Below are positions 56,457 to 64,000 of a stretch of 64,000 nucleotides of DNA, piece by piece. The translations under genes were made by a program, and so were the position numbers. Position 1 is the stretch's first letter. Every line of letters starts with the position of its first letter. Below the pieces are notes generated by a model. The model made no database searches and had not been told where the DNA came from. It worked only from the letters and a program-made list of their open reading frames with translations. Where the stretch lies: NCBI GenBank assembly GCA_040755995.1, contig JBFMAF010000043.1, forward strand, positions 96,001 through 160,000, given 5' to 3'. The stretch is from Acidobacteriota bacterium (GTDB lineage: Bacteria; Acidobacteriota; CAIWXX01).

Positions 56457-56627
56457 ATGCATACACAGGATTGGATATTGCTGGGGGTCCTCGCACTCTA
56501 TCTTGTCTTGCAGTTCTACGTGTTTCCGAAGCTCGGCGTACCCACCTGAGGGTCCCGGGTATGCAAGACCGAGGATCGGTCGAAATCCGGCACGACACTG
56601 AAGCTCTTCGACGACGAGAAGCACTGA
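56457..56627 (+). CDS. Candidate small single-TM selenoprotein (Sec at UGA 56547-56549)
   Basis: MHTQDWILLGVLALYLVLQFYVFPKLGVPT-U-GSRVCKTEDRSKSGTTLKLFDDEKH; SECIS-like hairpin follows the UGA. Confidence 0.65.
56555..56590 (+). promoter_or_regulatory. Bacterial SECIS-like hairpin
   Basis: Lower stem CCGGGT/ATCCGG; upper stem GACCGA/TCGGTC; GGA apical loop 23 nt after the UGA. Confidence 0.6.
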
Positions 56628-56696
56628 GCCGCCTCCCCTAGCGTCTGCCCCCTTGGCGGCTGCGCAGCGGATCGGACTGCGCACCTTCGCAGGCGG

Positions 56697-56731
56697 AACT
56701 GCCAACTGACAACCGACAACTGCCAACTGCC
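56697..56731. repeat. Heptamer tandem repeat x5 (reverse orientation)
   Basis: AACTGCC AACTGAC AACCGAC AACTGCC AACTGCC. Confidence 0.88.
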
Positions 56732-56805
56732 ATCGACTTGAAGCCTCCTCTGCACTGGGCATAGAATGGGCGCCTTCGCCCCGAGGGCGCAGTATGGAGG
56801 GAGAC

Positions 56806-58197
56806 ATGGTTTATATCCCCTGGATCATCGCGGTCTTGGTTGTCGTCGTCATAGTTCTTCTCTGGGCCAAGAATTACCACAAGGTGGGGCCCAACCAGGT
56901 GCTGGTCATCGTGGGCCGTACCAGCACGATCATCGACAAGGACGGGCGCGGAAAGAAGGTGGGCTACCGCCTCCAGGTAGGCGGCGGAACGTTCGTCTGG
57001 CCGATGCTGGAGAGCGCCGAGGTGTTCCCGCTCGAGGTCCAGTCGATTGCGCTTCGCTGCCCCGAGGTGCTCACGAGACAGGGTGTCGTCATTTCCGCCG
57101 AGGCGCAGGGACAGGTGAAGGCTGCCAGCGACGAGCCGCTGCTCCATCGCGCCGTCGAGAATTTTCTTTCGAAAGGAACCTCCGGAATCTCGTACGTGGC
57201 ACAGGAGGTCCTCGAGGGGCACATGCGCGGCATGTTCGGAACGATGACGGTCGAGGAGATCTACTCGCAGCGCGAGGAATTCGCGCGGCGCCTGCGCGAA
57301 GAGGTGGCGGCCGATTTCTCGCGGCTCGGCCTGGAGGTTGTCTCGTTCTCGCTCAAGGACATCTCTGATGCACAGGGGTACATCCAGTCGCTCGGCGCGG
57401 GCCGAATCGCCGAGGTCAAGCGCGACGCCGCAATCGCGCAGGCCGATGCCGAGCGTGATTCGGCCATCCACGCGGCACAGTCGCGGAAGGACGGCGATGT
57501 TGCGCGGTTGAAGGCGGAGGCCGAGCTGGCCGAGGCCACTCGCGATTTCGAGTCGCAACGCGCGGACTACCAGGGGGTCGTGAACGTGAAACGGGCGCAG
57601 GCGGATGCCGCGTACGAGCTCGAGCGGTCGCGACTTGCGATGGACATCAAGCAGCAGGACTACCAGGTGAAGCTGGCCGAGAAGGAGCTCGCGCGGCAGG
57701 TGGAGGAGAAGGAGGTCGCGCGGCGCGAGAAGGAGCTCGAGGCCACCGTGAAGGTGCCCGCGCAGGCAATGCAGTTCCAGGCGAGGATCGAGGCCGAGAC
57801 CGAGGCGTATCGCAAGGAGCTGGACGCCAAGGGCAAGGCAGCGGGCGTCAGGCTCGACGGCACGGCCCAGGCCGAAGCCATCACCGCCAGGGGCCAGGCC
57901 GAAGCCTCAGCCATGCGTGAAAAAGCCACCGCCTGGAAGGAATACACCGACGCAGCGCTCGCCGAGATGGTAATCAAATCTCTTCCTGACCTGGCTCGGG
58001 CCGTCTCCGAGCCGCTCTCCAAGGTCGACAAGATCGTCATGGTAGGGGATGCCGAGGGAGTCCAGAAGGTGACCGGGCAGGTCGCTGCGGTGCTCGCGCA
58101 GCTCCCACCCACGATCGAGAGCCTCACCGGACTCAGACTGCAGGATCTGCTCGGCCGCCTGAAGAAAAGCAAGGAGAGCCCTGATGAGAAGAAGTAG
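56806..58197 (+). CDS. Flotillin/SPFH domain protein
   Basis: N-terminal TM, GGGTFVWP, LEGHMR, KDISD..GY, AEA-rich coiled coil, PLSKVDKI. Confidence 0.92.
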   Translation: MVYIPWIIAVLVVVVIVLLWAKNYHKVGPNQVLVIVGRTSTIIDKDGRGKKVGYRLQVGGGTFVWPMLESAEVFPLEVQSIALRCPEVLTRQGVVISAEAQGQVKAASDEPLLHRAVENFLSKGTSGISYVAQEVLEGHMRGMFGTMTVEEIYSQREEFARRLREEVAADFSRLGLEVVSFSLKDISDAQGYIQSLGAGRIAEVKRDAAIAQADAERDSAIHAAQSRKDGDVARLKAEAELAEATRDFESQRADYQGVVNVKRAQADAAYELERSRLAMDIKQQDYQVKLAEKELARQVEEKEVARREKELEATVKVPAQAMQFQARIEAETEAYRKELDAKGKAAGVRLDGTAQAEAITARGQAEASAMREKATAWKEYTDAALAEMVIKSLPDLARAVSEPLSKVDKIVMVGDAEGVQKVTGQVAAVLAQLPPTIESLTGLRLQDLLGRLKKSKESPDEKK

Positions 58198-58214
58198 CTC
58201 TCTTCGGGAAAGCT

Positions 58215-60545
58215 ATGCTGTCTGACCGGGCGAACCGCATCGCGCTTTCTCCGACCCTCCGCGTGAGCGCGCGCGCTCAGCAGATGCGCGCTCAGGGGAT
58301 CGACGTCGTGGATCTTTCTGCCGGCGAGCCGGATTTCCCCACACCGGAAATCATCAAGCGGGCGGCAAAGGCGGCCATCGATGCCAATTTCACAAAATAC
58401 GTCGCAAACGATGGCATCCCGGAGCTCAAGCAGGCGATCAAGGAGAAGTTGCAGCGCGAGAACAATCTGACCTACTCGCCCGACGAGATCATCGTCTCGT
58501 GCGGGGCGAAGAATTCGCTCTACAACATTGCGATGGCGCTGTTCGGTCCTGGCGACGATGTGCTGGTTCCTTCGCCCTGCTGGGTGTCCTACCCCGACCA
58601 GGTGCGTCTCGCCGGAGCGAACCCGGTCTTCATTCCGACATACGAAGAGAACGGCTTTCGCCTCCAGGCCAAGGACCTGCTCGCTTCGATCACGCCGAAC
58701 ACCAAGGCGCTGGTCCTGAACTACCCGTGCAATCCGACGGGGGCGGCGTACTCGCGGGACGAGCTGGAAGCCATCGCGGATGTGTGCGTGCGCGAGGAGA
58801 TCTTCGTCGTCGCGGATGAGATCTACGAGAAGCTGATTTACGACGGAGCTCGTTTTGTCTCGATCGGATCCCTGAACGAGAAGATCAAGAAGCTCACCCT
58901 TACGGTGAACGGTTTCTCCAAGGCGTTTTCGATGACGGGTTGGCGGCTCGGTTATGCGGCCGGCCCCAAGGAGATCATCGCAGCCTGCTCGAAGATCCAG
59001 TCTCACAACACCTCGAACGCGACCTCCTTCGTCCAGAAGGCCGCCGTCGACGGGCTACGGTCCTGCGCGATGGAGATCGAACGGATGCGGCAGGAGTTCG
59101 AACGGCGCCGCAATTTCGTCGTCTACAAGCTGAGGGCGATCCCAGGGGTCTCGTGCTATTCGCCGCAGGGGGCTTTCTATGCGCTCCCAAACATTGGGCG
59201 CTACCTGAGATGCGAGTTCGAGGGCGCGCCGATCCGCAACACCTACGGCCTCGCCTACTACCTGCTGAAGGATGCCCACGTCGCCCTGATCGCAGGCGAG
59301 GCGTTCGACGCCAGCGAGCACATCCGGCTGTCGTTCGCAACCTCCATGCAGCGTCTCGAAGAGGGCATGCGCCGGATCGCTCAGGCGCTGGCGCGCCTCG
59401 AGGAACCGAGGCGCCTGAGGCCCCGGGCGCTCAACAACGTCGTCACCAAAATCAACGACTACGTCCCGACCCGCCCGGTCGGGTCGCTGGTGGAACGGAA
59501 TGCGCTGCTGGCCGAGGCCGAAGCACATCTGCCCGCCGACAGCTACTTCGAGTGGAACGCGGCCGTCGCGGGAGCCATCATCCAGCTCCGCACAAGCTCC
59601 CCTCATCTCGCGGACTTCTACCAGGAGAACTTCTACCCGGCTACACTGGAGGGAGACCTGGAGCCCCACGCCGTGATCTACGGAATCAAGGACGTGGCCG
59701 GCAGGGAGCCGCAGGCGTTCCTGAGCCGCGACACGGCGACGGCGGTCGTGTTCAACACGGCCTACTACGGCCAGGTCAGGTCGTTGGCCCTCTGCCTGGC
59801 CGCCGAAGCGTCGCTGCGCACTTCCGGCGCATTCCTCGCTCACTGCGCGGCGCTCGACAAGGACGCCCGCGGCGTGCTCGTGTGGGGCGGGCCCGGCTCG
59901 GGCCGGACCGCCGTGCTTGCCGCCGCGTTGCGCGAGCCGGGTGTCCGACTGGTGGCCGGCGACTCCGTGCTCATGAGGCTCTCCGGCGGAGAACCGGTGG
60001 CCGATCTGGTCGAGCGGAAGCTATACGTGAAGGCGAAGTGGGCGAAGCACCTGCCCGAGATCGAGAAGCTCGTCGATCGCTGCAAGCTCGAAAACCTCGT
60101 GACCAGCCGGGAGCAGTGTGCCGTCGAGTACTGCCCCGAAGGGGACAACTGCGTGCTGGACCGGGGTGCGCCTGCGTGCTCGATCGCGTCCACCCGCGGC
60201 CGCATCATGTTGGACCCGTATTGGCTTGGCGGCGCACAGAGACACGCCCGCCGGACCGTCGCACGGGCCTGCGTATTCGTCTGCAAGGACCCCATACAGC
60301 CGCCGGTGAAGGAGATAGGAGCGAATGAGGCCAGCCGATGGATGGTGGGGGGACAGCTGCCCGGCAGCACGGGGCGCTCGGTACTGTTCATGAATCCACA
60401 TGTCGAAGGAATGGACAGCGCGCGAAACGAATTGCTGCGACAACTGCACGAGCGGCTTTTCAGCCAGACACGTTGTGTGCTTATCAATACGGCCATGGGT
60501 ACGCCCGAATCGGTGGCGAGGCGGCTCCTGGAGACGTTGAAGTAG
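58215..60545 (+). CDS. Class I (aspartate-type) aminotransferase fused to a PEPCK/HprK-like P-loop domain
   Basis: GEPDF, PCNPTG, DEIY, NGFSKAFSMTGWRLGY, IRLSFA; about 375 further aa containing HCAALD, GGPGSGRT, LVAGD, MNPH. Confidence 0.85.
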   Translation: MLSDRANRIALSPTLRVSARAQQMRAQGIDVVDLSAGEPDFPTPEIIKRAAKAAIDANFTKYVANDGIPELKQAIKEKLQRENNLTYSPDEIIVSCGAKNSLYNIAMALFGPGDDVLVPSPCWVSYPDQVRLAGANPVFIPTYEENGFRLQAKDLLASITPNTKALVLNYPCNPTGAAYSRDELEAIADVCVREEIFVVADEIYEKLIYDGARFVSIGSLNEKIKKLTLTVNGFSKAFSMTGWRLGYAAGPKEIIAACSKIQSHNTSNATSFVQKAAVDGLRSCAMEIERMRQEFERRRNFVVYKLRAIPGVSCYSPQGAFYALPNIGRYLRCEFEGAPIRNTYGLAYYLLKDAHVALIAGEAFDASEHIRLSFATSMQRLEEGMRRIAQALARLEEPRRLRPRALNNVVTKINDYVPTRPVGSLVERNALLAEAEAHLPADSYFEWNAAVAGAIIQLRTSSPHLADFYQENFYPATLEGDLEPHAVIYGIKDVAGREPQAFLSRDTATAVVFNTAYYGQVRSLALCLAAEASLRTSGAFLAHCAALDKDARGVLVWGGPGSGRTAVLAAALREPGVRLVAGDSVLMRLSGGEPVADLVERKLYVKAKWAKHLPEIEKLVDRCKLENLVTSREQCAVEYCPEGDNCVLDRGAPACSIASTRGRIMLDPYWLGGAQRHARRTVARACVFVCKDPIQPPVKEIGANEASRWMVGGQLPGSTGRSVLFMNPHVEGMDSARNELLRQLHERLFSQTRCVLINTAMGTPESVARRLLETLK

Positions 60546-60644
60546 AAATCAGTTGACAGTTGCCGGAAAGCTATTGGGCACCTCACTTGTAATGCAACAT
60601 CCGCACCTCTACGGACACGCCCACGACGAGGTGGTGGGACGGTA

Positions 60645-61892
60645 GTGGAGATCCAGAGGTCGAAGAAAGCGGAGCACACCGAGATACGTCTGCACGGGCG
60701 CCTGGACGCCTCCTGGTGCGGCCAGTTGGAAGCCGAGCTGGACGATGTGATCCGCGCCGGGGAAACGCGCGTCAGGCTGCAGATGAGCCAGGTGGCCTTC
60801 ATGAGCTCCGCCGGCATCCGCGTTCTGCTGAAATACCTCAAGATGCTGAAAGGGCTCGGGGGCACCTTCCGCGTCGTCGATCCCTCGAAAGCAGTGAGCA
60901 CAGTTCTCGAGCTGTCGGGCCTGGCGGGTCTCCTTCTCGGAAGCGAACCGCCGCCGGCCACACTCGCGGCCCAGGCGACCGAGCCTTCCGAGATCGCAAT
61001 TGGGCCACTGCGGTGCAGCGTCCACAACGTGGCAGCGGGCGGATCTCTCAGGTGCAGGCTCGCCGGCGACCCCTCGCGCCTCGGCAACGCGCAGTATGCC
61101 CCGGCTGACGCCCGTGCAGTTGATCTCGGACCGAACCATCTTGCCGTTGGGATCGGAGCCTTCGGACAGGACGCCGAGGACTGTGCCGGCAGGTTTGGAG
61201 AGATGATGGCGGCCGGAGGCGCAGTGATCTGCCTGCCCACGGATGGTGCGAATGTCCCGGACTACCTGCTCTGTACAGGCACGTTCGTGCCGCGAGTGCA
61301 CACGCTCTACGCGGCAGTCTGTGAGGGCCGGCTCTCCAGGTGCATCCGATTCCAGACGGAAGGGGAGGAGGCTGCGGCCGGGCTCTCAGCGATCGTGCGC
61401 GCCGCCCTACGGATCGCGGCGGCTCCGGTCGCAGGTATCGTGATGCTGGCGGAGTCGGCGGGTCTCATCGGAGCAGCTCTCAAAGCCTCTCCTGCAGCGG
61501 CGGGCACGACGCCGCGCTCGTTCGCTCACCCGGAGATCCGCAACTGGTTGACGTTTACACCTGAACCTTCATTCGACAGGAGCCTTGCACTGGTCGCAGG
61601 CATGGCGACGACCGGCGAGAAGGAGGAGCTCGCGGGGTTCGTGCGGCCTCTGGACCGCGACGGCTCCTGCGCCGGCCACTTTCATGCTGCGGCGTTCGCA
61701 TTCAAGGCGCTTCCCAAGGGGGCCATGGCTCTGGAGGAGACGGTCGCCGGGCTCTTCGAAGAGTCCAGGCTGCTCGGACTGCTTCACCTCGTGAGCGACC
61801 ACCGCGACATCGTCGGGGCAGGCGAGAGCCGCTTCGTCCGAGGCGCCGTATGGGTCAGCCCCATAGGCTCGATCACGATGGAAGGGCGATGA
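60645..61892 (+). CDS. STAS (anti-anti-sigma) domain fused to an unknown C-terminal domain
   Basis: LHGRLDA, V.FMSSAGIRVL, VLELSGL; about 300 aa extension containing GHFHAAAF. Confidence 0.8.
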   Translation: MEIQRSKKAEHTEIRLHGRLDASWCGQLEAELDDVIRAGETRVRLQMSQVAFMSSAGIRVLLKYLKMLKGLGGTFRVVDPSKAVSTVLELSGLAGLLLGSEPPPATLAAQATEPSEIAIGPLRCSVHNVAAGGSLRCRLAGDPSRLGNAQYAPADARAVDLGPNHLAVGIGAFGQDAEDCAGRFGEMMAAGGAVICLPTDGANVPDYLLCTGTFVPRVHTLYAAVCEGRLSRCIRFQTEGEEAAAGLSAIVRAALRIAAAPVAGIVMLAESAGLIGAALKASPAAAGTTPRSFAHPEIRNWLTFTPEPSFDRSLALVAGMATTGEKEELAGFVRPLDRDGSCAGHFHAAAFAFKALPKGAMALEETVAGLFEESRLLGLLHLVSDHRDIVGAGESRFVRGAVWVSPIGSITMEGR

Positions 61893-61908
61893 GCGGAGCG
61901 AGCGTGAG

Positions 61909-62859
61909 ATGACGCTGTTCATAGGATCTCTGACCATCGGCCTCATCCTCTCGCTGCTGGCGCTCGGCGTCTACGTTTCGTTCCGGATCTTCAATTTCCC
62001 CGACATCACGGCCGAAGGATCTATCACGCTCGGAGCATCCGTCTGTGCCATCATGTTGGTGAAGGGGATGGACCCGCTCTGGGCCACGCTGGCGGGGACC
62101 GCGGCCGGAGCAGTCGCGGGGAGCGTCACGGGTATTCTGCACACGCGTTTCAAGATTCATGGGTTGTTGTCGGGCATCCTGGTGATGACTGCGCTGTACT
62201 CGATCAACCTCCACGTGATGCAGCGCAGCAATCTGCCGCTTCTCAACGTGACGAGCCTGATGACGCGCGCCGAGCGCATCGGCAGCTGGGTGTTCGGATC
62301 TGCCGCAGAGGTCAATGTCGCGGGCTGGCAGGTGGCCGCGAACGACCTTTCAATGTTGCTATGGAGTCTGCTTCTCATCATCGCAATCGGCATGGTCGTA
62401 TACCTGTTCTTCCGTACCGACCTCGGCACGGCGATGCGCGCCACCGGCGACAACCCGCAGATGATACGGGCACTTGGGGTTCACACCGGCAACATGATCA
62501 TCGCCGGCCTGGCGTTGTCCAACGGCCTGATCGCATTGAGCGGCTCCCTGTTGGCCCAATACCAGGGGTTCGCCGACGTCCAGATGGGCATCGGGATGCT
62601 GGTGTGGGGATTGGCGAGCGTAATCATCGGCGACGCACTCGTGCAGACGCGCCGGCTGGGGCTCACGATCGTCGGAGCCGTCATGGGCTCCGTGCTGTTC
62701 CGTCTGCTGGTCGCGATCGCTTTGCGCTGGGGGCTCGATCCGAACGATCTGAAACTCATCACGGCTGCATTCGTCTTTGTCGCCCTGGTCCTCCCTTCCG
62801 TGCTGGAGAGGGTGGTGAGGCGGAGGGATCTGCGTGCTCTACGTCCAAAGCCTCAGTAA
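61909..62859 (+). CDS. ABC transporter permease (BPD_transp_2, putative aromatic amino acid type)
   Basis: FPDITAEGS, LLSGIL..ALYSINL, MRATGDN, FADVQMGIG. Confidence 0.9.
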   Translation: MTLFIGSLTIGLILSLLALGVYVSFRIFNFPDITAEGSITLGASVCAIMLVKGMDPLWATLAGTAAGAVAGSVTGILHTRFKIHGLLSGILVMTALYSINLHVMQRSNLPLLNVTSLMTRAERIGSWVFGSAAEVNVAGWQVAANDLSMLLWSLLLIIAIGMVVYLFFRTDLGTAMRATGDNPQMIRALGVHTGNMIIAGLALSNGLIALSGSLLAQYQGFADVQMGIGMLVWGLASVIIGDALVQTRRLGLTIVGAVMGSVLFRLLVAIALRWGLDPNDLKLITAAFVFVALVLPSVLERVVRRRDLRALRPKPQ

Positions 62860-63646
62860 GACATTCAACCCGGGAACGCCTGACCAGGTGGAGGCGCTTC
62901 GTGGGATCAGTCTGAAGGTCGAAGAAGGCCAGTTCGTCACCGTCATCGGCACCAACGGTTCGGGCAAGTCGACACTCCTGAACGCAGTGGCTGGAACATT
63001 CGTGCCCGACGCGGGTCGCGTCGGAGTGGCCGGCAAGGATGTGACACGCTGGCCCGAACACCGGCGGGCACGCTTCATCGGGCGGGTGTTCCAGAACCCG
63101 TTCCTGGGGACGGCCCCTCACATGAGCATTGCCGAGAACCTCGCTCTTGCAACGCGACGAGGCCGGCGCCGCGGGATCGGATGGCTTCTCCCCGCAGGCC
63201 TCCGGCGGCAGATGCGCGAGCGCGTCGAGGAGTTGAAGATGGGGCTCGAGGACCGCCTCGACAACGAGATAGGAACGCTCTCAGGCGGCCAGCGCCAGGC
63301 CTTGACTCTCCTGATGGCCAGCTGGCACAAACCGCAGTTGCTGCTGCTCGACGAGCACACCGCAGCGCTCGATCCCAAGACCGCGGACCAGGTGGTCAGG
63401 CTGACGCGCGAGATCGTCGCTCGAGATAAGCTGACGACGCTGATGGTCACTCACTCGATGCAGCAGGCTGTGAACCTGGGCGACCGGCTGATCATGATGC
63501 ACCGCGGCCAGATCATCCACGACTTCCAGGGCGCCGAGAGAGGCCGCCTGCGCGTCGAGGACCTGCTGAACAGGTTCGACGAGGTGCGCCGCATGGAACA
63601 GCTGGACGCCGGCGCAGCCGAGCTGCTGCGCGCGGCGTACGTCTGA
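62834..63646 (+). CDS. ABC transporter ATP-binding protein
   Basis: GTNGSGKS, LSGGQRQ, LLLDEHTAALDP, VTH. Confidence 0.93.
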   Translation: MLYVQSLSKTFNPGTPDQVEALRGISLKVEEGQFVTVIGTNGSGKSTLLNAVAGTFVPDAGRVGVAGKDVTRWPEHRRARFIGRVFQNPFLGTAPHMSIAENLALATRRGRRRGIGWLLPAGLRRQMRERVEELKMGLEDRLDNEIGTLSGGQRQALTLLMASWHKPQLLLLDEHTAALDPKTADQVVRLTREIVARDKLTTLMVTHSMQQAVNLGDRLIMMHRGQIIHDFQGAERGRLRVEDLLNRFDEVRRMEQLDAGAAELLRAAYV

Positions 63647-63649
63647 GGG

Positions 63650-64000
63650 TCAGTCGAAGAGTCCGAGCTGGCCGGTCGGGCGCCGGAAAGACGACGCCGA
63701 GAGGTCAGGACCCGAATCAGCCAGCCCCACCTTGCGACAGGACATCGCGAAGAGCGACCGGATCTGCCTCGCCAGCTCGCCCTCGCCGGTGAACCTGCGT
63801 CCGATACGCTTTTCGTCCAGATCCTCGCCGCGGATCTCTCGAAGCCGATCCAGCACCTTCTTCTTGGCAGCGGGCCTGTGCCGTGCGAGCCAACGCTCGA
63901 AGATCGCTCTCACGCTCTGCGGGAGCCGGACGATTGCATACGCCGCGCTTGTGGCCCCAGCGGCGGCGGCAGCCGCGACAATCGCCGGTATTTCGTGATC
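63650..64000 (-). CDS. PA0069/Rv2578c-like radical SAM protein, C-terminal part (runs off right edge)
   Basis: DHEIPAIV..A..AGA, VRLP..V..IF..WL..H.P, R.TGEG..A.QI..LF, terminal QLGLFD (clamp-binding-like). Confidence 0.8.
   Translation of the reverse strand, partial: DHEIPAIVAAAAAAGATSAAYAIVRLPQSVRAIFERWLARHRPAAKKKVLDRLREIRGEDLDEKRIGRRFTGEGELARQIRSLFAMSCRKVGLADSGPDLSASSFRRPTGQLGLFD

Noticed and set aside
55926..56807. N-terminal about 290 aa of the 764-aa minus-strand ORF
   Set aside because: Runs through promoters, the CRP-type site, repeats and the antisense small gene; low-complexity translation.
9531..60564. Heptamer arrays as a CRISPR array
   Set aside because: Units are 7 bp and tandem with no spacers, and no cas genes are present.

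Overview
GC-rich chromosomal region of a diderm (TolC and MtrB-type barrels present), probably anaerobic or facultative bacterium. The EF-P loop TPGNWRG hints at Acidobacteriota or a similar lineage (inference only). From left to right the window holds: an operon korD-korA-hdrA-mvhD/flxC-flxB running off the left edge; a GMC oxidase/ALDH/PLP-enzyme operon; an acyl-CoA ligase and 2-hydroxyacyl-CoA dehydratase/activase genes; a UROD-lutA-lutBC-sulfatase operon; mazEF; MFS and TetR-RND-TolC efflux; an ABC-ATPase + TOPRIM-like (DUF4276) pair; an S8 protease; and a four-gene extracellular electron transfer cluster (decaheme MtrA/DmsE, MtrB/PioB, Cyc2/ExtI-like monoheme porin, 19-heme cytochrome c fused to cytochrome b). 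Further right are rhomboid, efp, an orphan beta-barrel, flotillin, an aspartate aminotransferase fused to a PEPCK/HprK-like P-loop domain, a STAS fusion with an ABC transporter, and a partial radical SAM gene. The best finds are (1) a 56-aa single-TM candidate selenoprotein missed by the ORF track (in-frame UGA, UxxxxC, SECIS-like hairpin, own promoter), (2) the apparently complete quinone-to-surface electron wire, (3) the aminotransferase-kinase-like fusion, and (4) dispersed AGTTGTC heptamer repeats at gene junctions. No rRNA, tRNA, CRISPR array or transposase was recognised. All family calls come from motif recognition by eye; no database searches were run.
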